A stretch of DNA of 64,000 bases from assembly GCA_963740355.1 (NCBI GenBank), contig CAVUDW010000002.1:768001-832000 (forward strand), written 5' to 3'. Both the position numbers and the translations under genes were made by a program. The notes beneath the pieces were generated by a model that was not told where the DNA came from, did not search any database, and saw only the letters and a program-made list of their open reading frames with translations. Source of the stretch: an uncultured Gemmatimonadaceae bacterium (lineage in GTDB: Bacteria; Gemmatimonadota; Gemmatimonadetes; Gemmatimonadales; Gemmatimonadaceae). Shown here piece after piece: positions 21,582 through 34,771 of this stretch; position 1 is the first letter of the stretch; every line of letters begins with the position of its first letter.

Positions 21582-21612
21582 GGGGGCAGCCGGTGGTTTG
21601 CGGCTGCCCCTT
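21582..21612 (+). terminator. Terminator after the sigma gene
   Basis: GGGGCAGCCG/CGGCTGCCCC stem followed by TTGT. Confidence 0.65.
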
Positions 21613-21692
21613 GTCGTATTCTCACTCCTGACGATGCGGTCTGCACGATCACGCTCCCGCCTCCCCACGCTGCCCCTGAATCACGCGCTCTG

Positions 21693-22436
21693 ATGATCGA
21701 ACTGAAGGACGTCCACAAGGCTTTCGGACCCAAGCGCGTGCTGGCCGGCTTCAACCTCACGGTGAACGAGGGAGAAACCATGGTCATCATCGGCTTCTCC
21801 GGCACCGGCAAGTCGGTGGCGATCAAGCACATGGTCGGCCTGCTGCGCCCCGATTCGGGAAGCGTCAAGGTCGATGGCCTCGAAGTGCCAAAGTTGAACC
21901 GCAAGGAACTGACGGCACTCCGCGCCAAGATCGGCTACGTCTTCCAGTTCGCGGCGCTGTTCGATTCCCTGACCGTCGGCGAGAACGTGGCCATGGGCCT
22001 GCGCAAGCAAGGCCTGCTGTCGAGCGCTGAGATCACTGCACGGGTTGCTGAAGCGCTCGATCTCGTCGACCTGCCAGGCACCGAATCGCGCTTTCCGGCG
22101 GAGCTGTCCGGCGGCATGCGCAAGCGTGTGGGCATTGCCCGGGCCATCGCGCTGCGGCCGAAGTACATCCTTTACGATGAGCCGACCACCGGCCTCGATC
22201 CCGTCACGAGTGCCGTCATCGACGAGTTGATGGTGCGCATGCGCGACCGCCTCGGTGTGACTGGCATCGTCATCACGCATGACATGCGCAGCGCGTATCG
22301 CGTCGGCACCCGCATTGCGATGCTCTATGAAGGCACGGTGCGGCAGGTCGGCACCGTCGACGAAATCCAGCATACCAAGGATCCGGTCGTGCGTCAGTTC
22401 ATCGAAGGGCGCGCGGAAATGGATCCCGCCGCGTAA
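21693..22436 (+). CDS. mlaF: ABC ATP-binding protein, MlaF/Mkl family
   Basis: GFSGTGKS, FQFAALFDSLTV.ENV, ELSGGMRKRVGIARA, YDEPTTGLDP, ITHD. Confidence 0.85.
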   Translation: MIELKDVHKAFGPKRVLAGFNLTVNEGETMVIIGFSGTGKSVAIKHMVGLLRPDSGSVKVDGLEVPKLNRKELTALRAKIGYVFQFAALFDSLTVGENVAMGLRKQGLLSSAEITARVAEALDLVDLPGTESRFPAELSGGMRKRVGIARAIALRPKYILYDEPTTGLDPVTSAVIDELMVRMRDRLGVTGIVITHDMRSAYRVGTRIAMLYEGTVRQVGTVDEIQHTKDPVVRQFIEGRAEMDPAA

Positions 22437-22452
22437 GGGTGCGTCCACCGCC

Positions 22453-22998
22453 ATGACCACTCCCGTCGATGCACGTCGTGAAGTCTCCGCCGGTGGCGTG
22501 GTCTACCGCGTGGTGGACGATGTACCCGTGTACCTGCTGATTCGCGACAGCTATCGCAACTGGGGATTTCCCAAGGGGCATCTCGAGTGCGACGAAGAAG
22601 CGCCGGATGCCGCGGTGCGCGAGGTGCAGGAAGAGACGGGCCTGCCGACGGTCACGCTGCGTGCCGAAATCGATACCATCGATTGGTTCTTTCGCTTTCG
22701 GGGCAAGCTCGTACACAAGATCTGTCACTTCTTCCTGATGGAGACGGATTGCTCGGCCACCTTGCCGCAACGCGAGGAAGGCATCACGGCCTGCCGATGG
22801 GCGAAGTACGATGAGGCCCGTTCGCTGCTGGCTTACGAGAATGCGCGCGTCGTGTTGGAGCGTGCGCACGAGATCATCCGCACCAAGGCGATCGCCGCAC
22901 ACGACACACGTGTCGCGCACACGGAAGCGCCGACCTGCGCAACACTGAATGCGGATCAACGCGCACCTGACGACGAGCCGTCGGCCGAGGCGCCCTGA
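22453..22998 (+). CDS. NUDIX hydrolase (Ap4A-hydrolase-like)
   Basis: SAGGVV and Nudix box WGFPKGHLE.DE...AAVREVQEETGL. Confidence 0.9.
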   Translation: MTTPVDARREVSAGGVVYRVVDDVPVYLLIRDSYRNWGFPKGHLECDEEAPDAAVREVQEETGLPTVTLRAEIDTIDWFFRFRGKLVHKICHFFLMETDCSATLPQREEGITACRWAKYDEARSLLAYENARVVLERAHEIIRTKAIAAHDTRVAHTEAPTCATLNADQRAPDDEPSAEAP

Positions 22999-23069
22999 GC
23001 GTCAGTAGCACCCGCGGGCCGCCGCGTGGGTTCGCCGTTCCGCTGCGTGGTGCTGCGGCCCCCGCCACC

Positions 23070-23900
23070 GTGCTGCTGCTCTGCACCACGCGCGAACGGC
23101 CGCGACAGATGCTCGCCCGTGCGTTCCCGCGCGGACGGGCGCAGATCGTCGTGGTGCGAGACGCCGACGGCATCGACTCGGCACTCCGGACGACGCTGGT
23201 GGATGCGATCGTCGTCGACCTGTTGCCTGGCACGGCGGCGTCGGTTGGGTGGCGCGCCGTGGAACATGCCACGCGACACGCACCCATTCCTGCCGTCGGC
23301 CTGATCGCGCCGCGGGCGCTCGACGCCGCGCTGCTGGCGCGACTGCACGACGCCGGTATCGCCACCATCCTCGTGGATGGGGTGGATGACGCGATGATAC
23401 GCGTGCTGCTCCAGCCCGTGCTGCTGGCCACGCGCTTCACGATCCGCGCCGACATCCTGCTGGATTCGCATGGGGTCGGGCCACTGGCTGGGGCGGTCTG
23501 GCGGACGGGGGTGTCCCACGTTGGCCGCCTCACCTCGGTCGCCACCGTGGCCCGGCTGCTCGGGCTGAGTCGCGAGCACCTTGCCCGCTCGCTGCATGCG
23601 GCAGGCGCCCCGGGGCCCAAACAGCTGCTGGAACTGGTGCGCCTGCTGGTGGTCCAGACCCAGCTGTCGGCCGGGGTGCCCGTGGCCGTCGCGGCTGAAC
23701 GGTTGGGCTACAGCTCGGTTTCGCACCTCGCGCGAGCGGCCCGGACGGCCACGGGCATCACCCCCCGGAACTGGGGGGCGCTGACGGCCGAGGAGCTCAT
23801 CGAGGCGGCCATCGGGCGCAGCCGGCCGGCGCCGGCCGTTGCCGAACGACTTCCTGACAACGCAATCTCGTTACATTCGGCGTCCCCTCCACTTTCCTGA
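23070..23900 (+). CDS. AraC-type HTH regulator with a degenerate receiver-like N-terminus (start uncertain)
   Basis: VARLLGLSREHLARSL and AERLGYSSVSHLAR..R..TGITP; DAIVVD receiver-like strand. Confidence 0.75.
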   Translation: MLLLCTTRERPRQMLARAFPRGRAQIVVVRDADGIDSALRTTLVDAIVVDLLPGTAASVGWRAVEHATRHAPIPAVGLIAPRALDAALLARLHDAGIATILVDGVDDAMIRVLLQPVLLATRFTIRADILLDSHGVGPLAGAVWRTGVSHVGRLTSVATVARLLGLSREHLARSLHAAGAPGPKQLLELVRLLVVQTQLSAGVPVAVAAERLGYSSVSHLARAARTATGITPRNWGALTAEELIEAAIGRSRPAPAVAERLPDNAISLHSASPPLS

Positions 23901-23927
23901 CGTCCGGTGGGTTGCCTCTGTCGGGCT

Positions 23928-23945
23928 TTGTGATAATTTTCACAA
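23928..23945. promoter_or_regulatory. Rex/CRP-type palindromic operator upstream of atpA
   Basis: TTGTGA-TAATTT-TCACAA, overlapping an extended -10-like TGTGATAAT. Confidence 0.7.
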
Positions 23946-24001
23946 GCTAGACCAGAACCGCTTCCGATCGTCTCCCACGACGTTTACCGACTGTCTGCCC
24001 A

Positions 24002-25585
<1,584 letters not shown>

Positions 25586-25614
25586 TTCCGCGCATCACGG
25601 CAGCCTGACGCACC

Positions 25615-26478
25615 ATGGCCAAGGGTCGCGAGCTCAAGGGACGGATCAAGTCCGTCGAGAACACGAAGAAGATCACGCGCACCATGGAAATGGTGGCGAC
25701 GTCGAAGATGAAGCGCGCCGTCGATCGTGTGGCGGCCGCGCGTCCCTACGCGGCGGCGCTGGCTGAAGTCATCGGCGATCTGTACTCGGATGAACTGGCG
25801 GAGCAGTTTCCGCTACTGCGTCAGCCGGCGCAGATGAAGCGTGTTGCACACATCATCCTCACCTCGAACCGCGGCTTGTGCGGTGGCTTCAACGCCAACC
25901 TGGTGAAGGAAGCACGCACGCAGCTGGCCGCGCTCGAACAGCGCGGCTTGCAGGTCGAGCTGCATGTCGTGGGCAAGAAGGGCATCGGCTACTTCAAGTA
26001 CGTCAATCGTGCGATGGCGACGCAGCGCATCGACATCAGTGATCGCCCAACGGCCGCTGATGCGTCGTCACTGGTCGACTCGTTGATGGCCCGCTTCATC
26101 AGCGGCGAGCTCGATGCGGTGTTCGTCACCAGCTCGAAGTTCAACTCCGCCATCTCGACGCCGCCGCAGACCACGCAGGTGTTGCCGGTGAAGCCGCCTT
26201 CGGGCGGTTCCCTGAAGCGCGACTACCTGCTGTCGCCGTCGGCGGAAGCGATCCTCACCGAATTGCTGCCGGCTTATGTCAGCAACTCCGTGTATCGCGC
26301 ATTGGTGGAGACGGTGGCGGCCGAGCAGGGCGCCCGTCGCACCGCGATGAAGAATGCGACCGACAACGCCAGTGACATGTTGAGTACCCTGCGCCGCACG
26401 TACAATCGTGCCCGTCAGGCGCAGATCACGCAGGAAATCGCCGAGATCGTCGGCGGTGCAGCAGCACTGCAAGGCTAG
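25615..26478 (+). CDS. atpG: F1 ATP synthase subunit gamma
   Basis: KITRTMEMVA, RGLCGGFN, AMKNATDNA, RQAQITQEIAEIVGGA. Confidence 0.98.
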   Translation: MAKGRELKGRIKSVENTKKITRTMEMVATSKMKRAVDRVAAARPYAAALAEVIGDLYSDELAEQFPLLRQPAQMKRVAHIILTSNRGLCGGFNANLVKEARTQLAALEQRGLQVELHVVGKKGIGYFKYVNRAMATQRIDISDRPTAADASSLVDSLMARFISGELDAVFVTSSKFNSAISTPPQTTQVLPVKPPSGGSLKRDYLLSPSAEAILTELLPAYVSNSVYRALVETVAAEQGARRTAMKNATDNASDMLSTLRRTYNRARQAQITQEIAEIVGGAAALQG

Positions 26479-26491
26479 TACGCACCACTGA

Positions 26492-28215
<1,724 letters not shown>

Positions 28216-28280
28216 TTGCAGGTTTGGGCCGAGGTTGTGGCCTGACGAATTCATGAACTGATAGGACTTCGAGTCCGAAT

Positions 28281-28315
28281 GACGGCGAGCCAACGATGGC
28301 TCGCCGTCGTTTTTT
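28281..28315 (+). terminator. Terminator of the atp operon
   Basis: GACGGCGAGCCA/TGGCTCGCCGTC followed by GTTTTTT. Confidence 0.85.
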
Positions 28316-28543
28316 ATCGCCTGTCTGTGTAACGAGTTTCCTTGATCACTGGACCATGGCGTCCGTGAACGCGCGCTCATGTTCCGGAGGCTGGATTGCG
28401 TGACGGTGAAGATTGCATGGGGAACTTGTAACGGCCGCCTCATCTTGTATTGTGTCGGTCTGCGGTGCAGTCTCGCCGTTCTGTCACGTGATGGCCCGGG
28501 ATGGTAGTCCGGGCCGTGTCGCGTTCTCACCCGTGGGGGCCCC

Positions 28544-31500
28544 ATGCGATTTGGAAGGTATGCATTCGTCGCGGCGTTGCTGGCACTTGGCGTGCCACTC
28601 GCTGCACAACAGCCTGCAGGTGGTGCGGTCGTCGGTCGAGTGACCGATCGCATCAGCGGTCAGCCGGTCAGTGATGTCCGTGTGCAGATCGTGGGTACGC
28701 AGCGCGGTGGTTTGACGCGCACGAACGGTACGTATCGCATTGCTGGCGTGCCGAATGGCACGTACACGGTGCGCGCATCGCGCATCGGTTACGCGGCGAT
28801 GACGGCCAGCGCCACGGTCAGCGCGAATGGTGAAGCGACGGCGAACTTCGTGCTCGCAGTTGCCGAGAACGTGCTCGACAAGGTGACCGTGTCTGGTGCC
28901 ACGGGTGGTACGGCGCGCGCACGTGAAGTCGGTGCGTCGGTCAGCCGCATCGACACGACGCAGTTCAATGTTGCGGCCGTGACCAACCTCTCGCAGGTGC
29001 TCTCGGCGCGTACGCCGGGTGTCGCCGTGCAGTCGGGTGGCGGCACGATCGGTGTCTCGAACCGCATCCGTCTGCGCGGTCCGACATCGATCAACCTGTC
29101 CAACGATCCGCTGCTCGTGATCGACGGCCTGGTGTCGAACAACAACACCAACAACTTCTCGGTCGGTGTCGGTGGTGCGCAGACCTCGCGTCTCGACGAC
29201 ATCAACCCGCAGGACATCGAAGACATTCAGGTGCTGAAGGGCGCCGCGGCGACCGCGCTGTACGGCACGGGTGCGGCCAACGGCGTGATCCAGATCACCA
29301 CCAAGCGTGGCAAGGCGGGCAAGGCGCGCTGGGGCATCTACACGGAAGCTGGTTCCGATCGCACGCTGGTGCCGGAATCCGATCCGCTGACCACGACGAA
29401 CTATCGCCAGATCGGCTTGCTGGCGACGCCTGGCGCCCGCGGCGTGAACGGCAATTGCGGGATCGAAGCGCAGACGCTCGGCACGTGCGTCCGTCCTGAC
29501 ACGCTGTACCGCACGTCGCCGTTCGCGAATGCTTCGCCGTTCCGCGTCGGTGGCAGCACGCGCATGGGCGTCAACGTCAACGGTGGTAGTGAAGCCGTGC
29601 AGTACTATCTCGGCGGTGAGCTGTTCCGCCAGAACGGTATCGTTGGTCCGAGCGGTGCCCGTCGCACGAACCTTCGCGCGAACATCGGTGCGAACCTGCT
29701 GCCGAACCTCCGCGCTGATGTCACGGTCAGCTACCTGAAGAGCGTGCTGAACCTGCCGATCAACGACAATGCCTTCGCTGGCGTGATCAGCTCGGGCGTG
29801 CTTGGCGGCGCATTCGACTGCACGCCACAGTCGCGTGCCTCGATCTATGAGTGCCGCGTCGGCGGTGACTCGTCCTCGCGTGGTTATGTGAGCGCGAACG
29901 TGCCGGCGTCGCAGTACTTCGCCCAGAACCAGCAGCAGGACATCGATCGCCTGCAGACTGGCGTGACGTTCAACTACACGCCGAAGAGCTGGCTCACCAG
30001 CACGTTGCGCGCTGGTGGCGATTTCCTGTATCAGTACGACCAGTCGCTGGTGCCGCCGAACAAGGTGTTCCTGAACGCCGCGTCGATCGAAGGCAGCCGC
30101 TTCCAGGCGCGCGCCTATCGCCCGACGTACACCGTCACGGCGAACACCAAGGCGACGTATGACCTGACCAGCTCCATCCGCCTGTCGACGCTCGTCGGTG
30201 GCCAGTACACGAACGAAGCGAACCGCTTCACGAGTGCGTTCGGCGCGATCCTGTTGCCGGGTACGTCGTCGCTCAGCGGCACCAACGCGCGCTTCGCCGT
30301 CAATGAAGCGAACTCGCAGGTCGTCACGACGGCCGGCGTGGTGCAGCAGGACTTCGCATTCAACGACCGCCTGTTCCTGACGGTCGCAGCTCGCATGGAC
30401 AACTCGAGCGTGTTCGGTGCCGGCTCGCGCGACTTCGTGTTCTACCCGTCCGTCAGCGGTTCGTACGTGGTCTCGGACGAGAAGTGGTTCCCGAAGGCCA
30501 GCTTCATCGACCAGCTCCGCGTCCGCGGTTCCGTGGGTGAGGCAGGCAACCGCCCGACCTTCCGTCAGTCGGAGACGTTCTTCAACGCCGTGTCGGTGAA
30601 CGCCGCCTCGTCGGATGCCAGCATCCCGGCCGTCACCATCGGTGGCCCGGTGGGCAACGCGCTGCTGAAGCCGGAAATCACGCGCGAAACGGAAGGTGGC
30701 TTCGACTTCTCGTTGCTCGGCAGCCGGATCGACGGTGAGTTCACCGCCTTCAAGAAGGACACCCGTGACCTGCTCGTCGGTCGCATCCTGGCGCCGTCGC
30801 TCGGCGTGGCCGCGAACCAGCTGGTGAACCTGTCCAAGATGACCACCAAGGGTCTCGAGGGCACGGTGAACTTCAAGCTGATCGAAGGCAACAAGTTCAG
30901 CTTCGCACAGCGCTTCACGGCGACGGTCTTCAACAACAAGATCGGTTCACTGGGTCGCGTCGATGGGCAGCCGATCGCCCCGATCATCCAGGGCGTGCAG
31001 CAGTACCGCGCAGGGTATCCGGCCGCTGGTTACTTCCAGCGCAAGATCCTCGGCTTCGAAGACAAGAACAACGACGGCATCATCAGCCGCGTGAATTGCC
31101 CGGCGTACGGCGGCTTGGCGAACCCGATCCTGGTCGGTGGCCCGGCCTGCGAAATCCAGCTCTCCGATTCGCTGGAATACCTCGGCAGCCCGCTGCCGAC
31201 GCGGACCTTCTCGTTCCAGTCGGACATGCGGATCGCGAAGAACCTGCAGTTCAACATCCTCGTCGACTATCGCGGTGGCGCTCGCCTGTACAACCAGACG
31301 CGTGAGTTCCGCAACGACGGTGGCTTCGCGAACGGCCCGGACTTCTGGGATCGCAATGCGCCGCTCGCCGACCAGGCGAAGTCGCGTGCGAAGGCGATGG
31401 GTACCAGCGATGGCTACATCGAGGACGCCAGCTTCGTCCGTCTCTCGGAAGTGTCGATGACGTGGGTCGTGCCTGCGGCAGCGGCCCGTATCCTGAAGAC

Positions 31501-31669
31501 GGGTGGCCTGAGCCTCACGCTGGCCGGACGTAACCTCGGCCTGTGGACGAACTACACCGGTTTCGATCCCGAAGTCCTGACGAACCCGGGCAGCAACTTC
31601 GGCACGGTCGACTTCCTTACGAATCCGCCGTCGCGTTCCTATACGCTGCGCCTGAACTTCAACTTCTGA
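28544..31669 (+). CDS. SusC/RagA-family TonB-dependent transporter 1
   Basis: Signal peptide, CarboxypepD-reg-like domain, plug PLLVIDG...DINPQDIEDIQVLKGAAATALYG..AANGVIQITTK, C-terminal YTGFDPE...LNFNF. Confidence 0.95.
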   Translation: MRFGRYAFVAALLALGVPLAAQQPAGGAVVGRVTDRISGQPVSDVRVQIVGTQRGGLTRTNGTYRIAGVPNGTYTVRASRIGYAAMTASATVSANGEATANFVLAVAENVLDKVTVSGATGGTARAREVGASVSRIDTTQFNVAAVTNLSQVLSARTPGVAVQSGGGTIGVSNRIRLRGPTSINLSNDPLLVIDGLVSNNNTNNFSVGVGGAQTSRLDDINPQDIEDIQVLKGAAATALYGTGAANGVIQITTKRGKAGKARWGIYTEAGSDRTLVPESDPLTTTNYRQIGLLATPGARGVNGNCGIEAQTLGTCVRPDTLYRTSPFANASPFRVGGSTRMGVNVNGGSEAVQYYLGGELFRQNGIVGPSGARRTNLRANIGANLLPNLRADVTVSYLKSVLNLPINDNAFAGVISSGVLGGAFDCTPQSRASIYECRVGGDSSSRGYVSANVPASQYFAQNQQQDIDRLQTGVTFNYTPKSWLTSTLRAGGDFLYQYDQSLVPPNKVFLNAASIEGSRFQARAYRPTYTVTANTKATYDLTSSIRLSTLVGGQYTNEANRFTSAFGAILLPGTSSLSGTNARFAVNEANSQVVTTAGVVQQDFAFNDRLFLTVAARMDNSSVFGAGSRDFVFYPSVSGSYVVSDEKWFPKASFIDQLRVRGSVGEAGNRPTFRQSETFFNAVSVNAASSDASIPAVTIGGPVGNALLKPEITRETEGGFDFSLLGSRIDGEFTAFKKDTRDLLVGRILAPSLGVAANQLVNLSKMTTKGLEGTVNFKLIEGNKFSFAQRFTATVFNNKIGSLGRVDGQPIAPIIQGVQQYRAGYPAAGYFQRKILGFEDKNNDGIISRVNCPAYGGLANPILVGGPACEIQLSDSLEYLGSPLPTRTFSFQSDMRIAKNLQFNILVDYRGGARLYNQTREFRNDGGFANGPDFWDRNAPLADQAKSRAKAMGTSDGYIEDASFVRLSEVSMTWVVPAAAARILKTGGLSLTLAGRNLGLWTNYTGFDPEVLTNPGSNFGTVDFLTNPPSRSYTLRLNFNF

Positions 31670-31677
31670 ACATTGCC

Positions 31678-33090
31678 ATGACATTCTCATTCGAGACTTC
31701 GCGGCGATCCCTCGGTCTGCTGCTCACGGGTGCCAGCCTTTCGCTTGCCGGTTGCAACATCGACAAGACGCTGGCCGTGAAGGACCCTGACGTCGCCAAC
31801 CCGTCGTCGCTGAACGACGTGACTGTGTTGCCCACACTGCGCGCCAGCACCATCTCCGACCTCCAGATCTCGTTCTCGGCGAACGGTGAGGACGGTGTTG
31901 TGAACTACGGTGCGTTGCTGGGTGACGAGTTCACGTGGTCGGAAACCTTCCCGACCCGTGGCGAGATGGACCAGCGCAACATCAACCCGATCAACGGCAC
32001 GTTGAGCGTGTTGTACAACAACCTGCAGCGCGCACGCGCGACGGCGGACCGTACGGCGGCGTCGTACTACCGCCTTGCACCGAACCTGATCGGTCGCTCG
32101 GAAACGCAGGCGCTGGCGGCCTACACGTACATCCTGCTTGGCGAGACGTTCTGCAACGGCGTCCCGGTGTCGGATTTCGACGTCAATGCCGGCACGTTCG
32201 TGCTCGGCACGCCGCAGACCACGGCGCAGTTGTTCACGACGGCATTGGCCAAGCTGGATTCGGCCCTGGTCGGTGTGGACGTCTCGTTGGCCGCGAACGC
32301 GCAGGTGGTCAACCTGATTCGCGTCGGTCGCGGTCGCGCATTGCTCAACCTCAACCGTCCGGCTGATGCCGCGGCGGCCGTGGCTGCAGTGCCGACGACC
32401 TTCCGCTATCTCCTGTTCCACAGCGAGAACACGGCTCGGCAGAACAACAACATCTTCGCCGTCTCGTTGAACTTCCCGCGCTTCTCGGTCTCCGGGAACG
32501 AGGGTGGCACCGGTCTGCGCTACCGCCTCGATGGGGCGACGGACTTCCGCGTGTACGCTCCGCAGGGCCGGGGTGGCGCGCTGTCGCCGGTGGTTGGTGC
32601 CGACAACACGACCCCGCAGTTCCTGGTGACGAAGTATCCGTCGCGTTCTGCGCCGGTCGTCTTCGCCGATGGCGTCGAAGCACGCCTGATCGAAGCGGAA
32701 AACGCAGCTCGTGCCGGCGCTCCGTATGTCGGGATCCTGAACACGCTGCGCGCTTCGGCCGTGGCGCTAACGGTGACCCCGCCGGGCCCGTCGACGCTCC
32801 TCGTCAACCCGCCAGCCGTTGCAGCGTTGCCGCCGCTCACCGCGGGAGCGACTCCTGCGGCGCAGATCGACCAGGTCTTCCAGGAGCGCGCCTACTGGAT
32901 GTTCCTGACCGGCCACCGGTTGGGTGACATGCGTCGCCTCATCAAGCACCTCGGCCGCAATTCGGAAACCGTCTTCCCGACGGGCACCTACTTCAAGGGC
33001 GGCACGTACGGTGTGGACGTGAACTTCCCGGTGCCGTTCCAGGAGACGAACAACCCGAACTTCACCCAGTGCCTGGATCGCAACCCATGA
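31678..33090 (+). CDS. SusD/RagB-like lipoprotein 1
   Basis: Lipobox LAGC, EARLIEAE, ERAYWMFLTGHRLGDMRR, FPVPFQE; follows susC. Confidence 0.88.
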   Translation: MTFSFETSRRSLGLLLTGASLSLAGCNIDKTLAVKDPDVANPSSLNDVTVLPTLRASTISDLQISFSANGEDGVVNYGALLGDEFTWSETFPTRGEMDQRNINPINGTLSVLYNNLQRARATADRTAASYYRLAPNLIGRSETQALAAYTYILLGETFCNGVPVSDFDVNAGTFVLGTPQTTAQLFTTALAKLDSALVGVDVSLAANAQVVNLIRVGRGRALLNLNRPADAAAAVAAVPTTFRYLLFHSENTARQNNNIFAVSLNFPRFSVSGNEGGTGLRYRLDGATDFRVYAPQGRGGALSPVVGADNTTPQFLVTKYPSRSAPVVFADGVEARLIEAENAARAGAPYVGILNTLRASAVALTVTPPGPSTLLVNPPAVAALPPLTAGATPAAQIDQVFQERAYWMFLTGHRLGDMRRLIKHLGRNSETVFPTGTYFKGGTYGVDVNFPVPFQETNNPNFTQCLDRNP

Positions 33091-33635
33091 GGAACGCACA
33101 GATGAAGCGCATTGCGGGCATCGCCGCCCTGCTCGTCGTGACGGCATTGACCGTCACGGCCTGCAGCGAGGATTATCCGAATCTGTCCAGCCTTGCACCG
33201 GCGAAGAAGAACTTCGTTGCAACGCTGGTCGGCACGAATGAAGTGCCGTCGGTCACCACGACCGCCGCGGGCAAGATGGAACTGGTGCAGGAGGATTCCG
33301 TCAACATCCTCTACACCCTGAGCACGACGTCGCGCACCGACTCGATCACGATGGCGCACATTCACGCCGGCGCTGCCGGTGCGACTGGGCCGATCATGGT
33401 CTGGTTCTTCCCGACCGAGGCGTCACGCGCCGCCGGAACTGGTGGTGGCACGGCCGCAGCAGTCAACGGCATCGTGCGCGTCGGCCGCATCACCCGCGCC
33501 GGTACGACGTTCGTGGCGCCGTTCACGTGGGATTCGTTGCTCGTGCGGATGAACGCAGGCACTGCCTATGCGAACATCCACACCCGCAAGAACCCGAGCG
33601 GTGAAATCCGCGGTCAGGTTACAGCTGTTCCCTGA
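33087..33635 (+). CDS. CHRD-domain lipoprotein
   Basis: Lipobox VTAC, L.GTNEVP, MAHIHAGAAGATGPI, YANIHT..NPSGEIRGQ. Confidence 0.9.
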   Translation: MRNAQMKRIAGIAALLVVTALTVTACSEDYPNLSSLAPAKKNFVATLVGTNEVPSVTTTAAGKMELVQEDSVNILYTLSTTSRTDSITMAHIHAGAAGATGPIMVWFFPTEASRAAGTGGGTAAAVNGIVRVGRITRAGTTFVAPFTWDSLLVRMNAGTAYANIHTRKNPSGEIRGQVTAVP

Positions 33636-33659
33636 TCGACCCGCTGCTAGCATGTACGA

Positions 33660-33695
33660 CCACGTCCCGCTCGGCTTCGGCCGGGCGGGACGTGG
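33660..33695 (+). terminator. Strong hairpin after the CHRD gene
   Basis: CACGTCCCGCTCGGC-TTCG-GCCGGGCGGGACGTG; weak U-tract. Confidence 0.55.
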
Positions 33696-33815
33696 TGCAT
33701 TAGGGTGGCCCAATGTGAGGGCTGCTGGTCCGGCACGGTTGGTGCGAACATGAACTCCAGTGCACTTTCCTGCTGGCCCTGACACCGTGTTCCGTCCTTG
33801 TACACCCCACCCGCC

Positions 33816-34244
33816 ATGTCCGAGTTCTCGCCTGCGATCGGCGCGACCGCTGCAGCCACCCCGGAAGGACTTCCGGTGGTGAAGCCGCGGATCGTGGTCG
33901 CCGAAGATCACGCCGAGATGGCGGATGTGCTCCAGACGTACCTCGAGGCGGCGGGCTACGAGGTGCATCTGGCGCGTGACGGGGTGCTGGCCGCCTCGAT
34001 GATCGACGCCGTACAGCCCGCCCTGGCGGTTCTCGACGCCAACATGCCAGGGCTGAGTGGCTGGACGCTGTTGTCGCGCCTCAAGGAACGCGGGGCGGCG
34101 GCGCCATTGGTCGTCATGCTCACCGGCGACGATGATTTCCCGGCGGAATCGGCCAGTGCCGATGTGATCTTGCGGAAGCCCGCCGCATTGCGCCGCGTGG
34201 CGGCGGTCCTGGCGGAGTTGCTGGCAGGACGAGCCCAGCCCTGA
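33816..34244 (+). CDS. Single-domain response regulator (receiver)
   Basis: VVAEDH, LDANMPGLSG, MLTG, RKP. Confidence 0.88.
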   Translation: MSEFSPAIGATAAATPEGLPVVKPRIVVAEDHAEMADVLQTYLEAAGYEVHLARDGVLAASMIDAVQPALAVLDANMPGLSGWTLLSRLKERGAAAPLVVMLTGDDDFPAESASADVILRKPAALRRVAAVLAELLAGRAQP

Positions 34245-34771
34245 CTTGGGAGTACTTCAAGGGCGCGGGGCCTTTGGCCCGTGCCAGCACGCGCCGCACA
34301 ACGTGACCTGTCGCGCCGGTCACCGACGAATGATCGCCTGACCATTCTGGCGTCAGATCAGCCGACGGCCATGTCCGTTACACACCGGGCATAATCCACA
34401 AATATCACGCCTGTTTCTGGGATATCTCGAGCTTGTATCGAAGCCGAGTAGGGCGTACGTTCACCGGTTGAGGCAGGTTGGCGCGCGCGACACCGCAGCG
34501 CCCGACTTGCGTCGCGCGCCCTGATCCGGTCCGTCATTCTGGTGGTTTTCCACCTGCACGTTCGATACGAACGAATCATTCTCGGATGATTCGCCAGCAG
34601 CTCCCGTCTGCGGTTTCGCAGTCAGATCGTCTGTTGTGTCGTGTTACGCCAAGCAAGGGAAGAGGTTCCACCCCGGGCGGTCGGCTGCCGGGGTGACGTC
34701 GTCGGAGCGATTCGACGACGGATTCACCAGCCGACGGATCTCCACGTGCGACCGGATTCAGGAGTCCAGAT

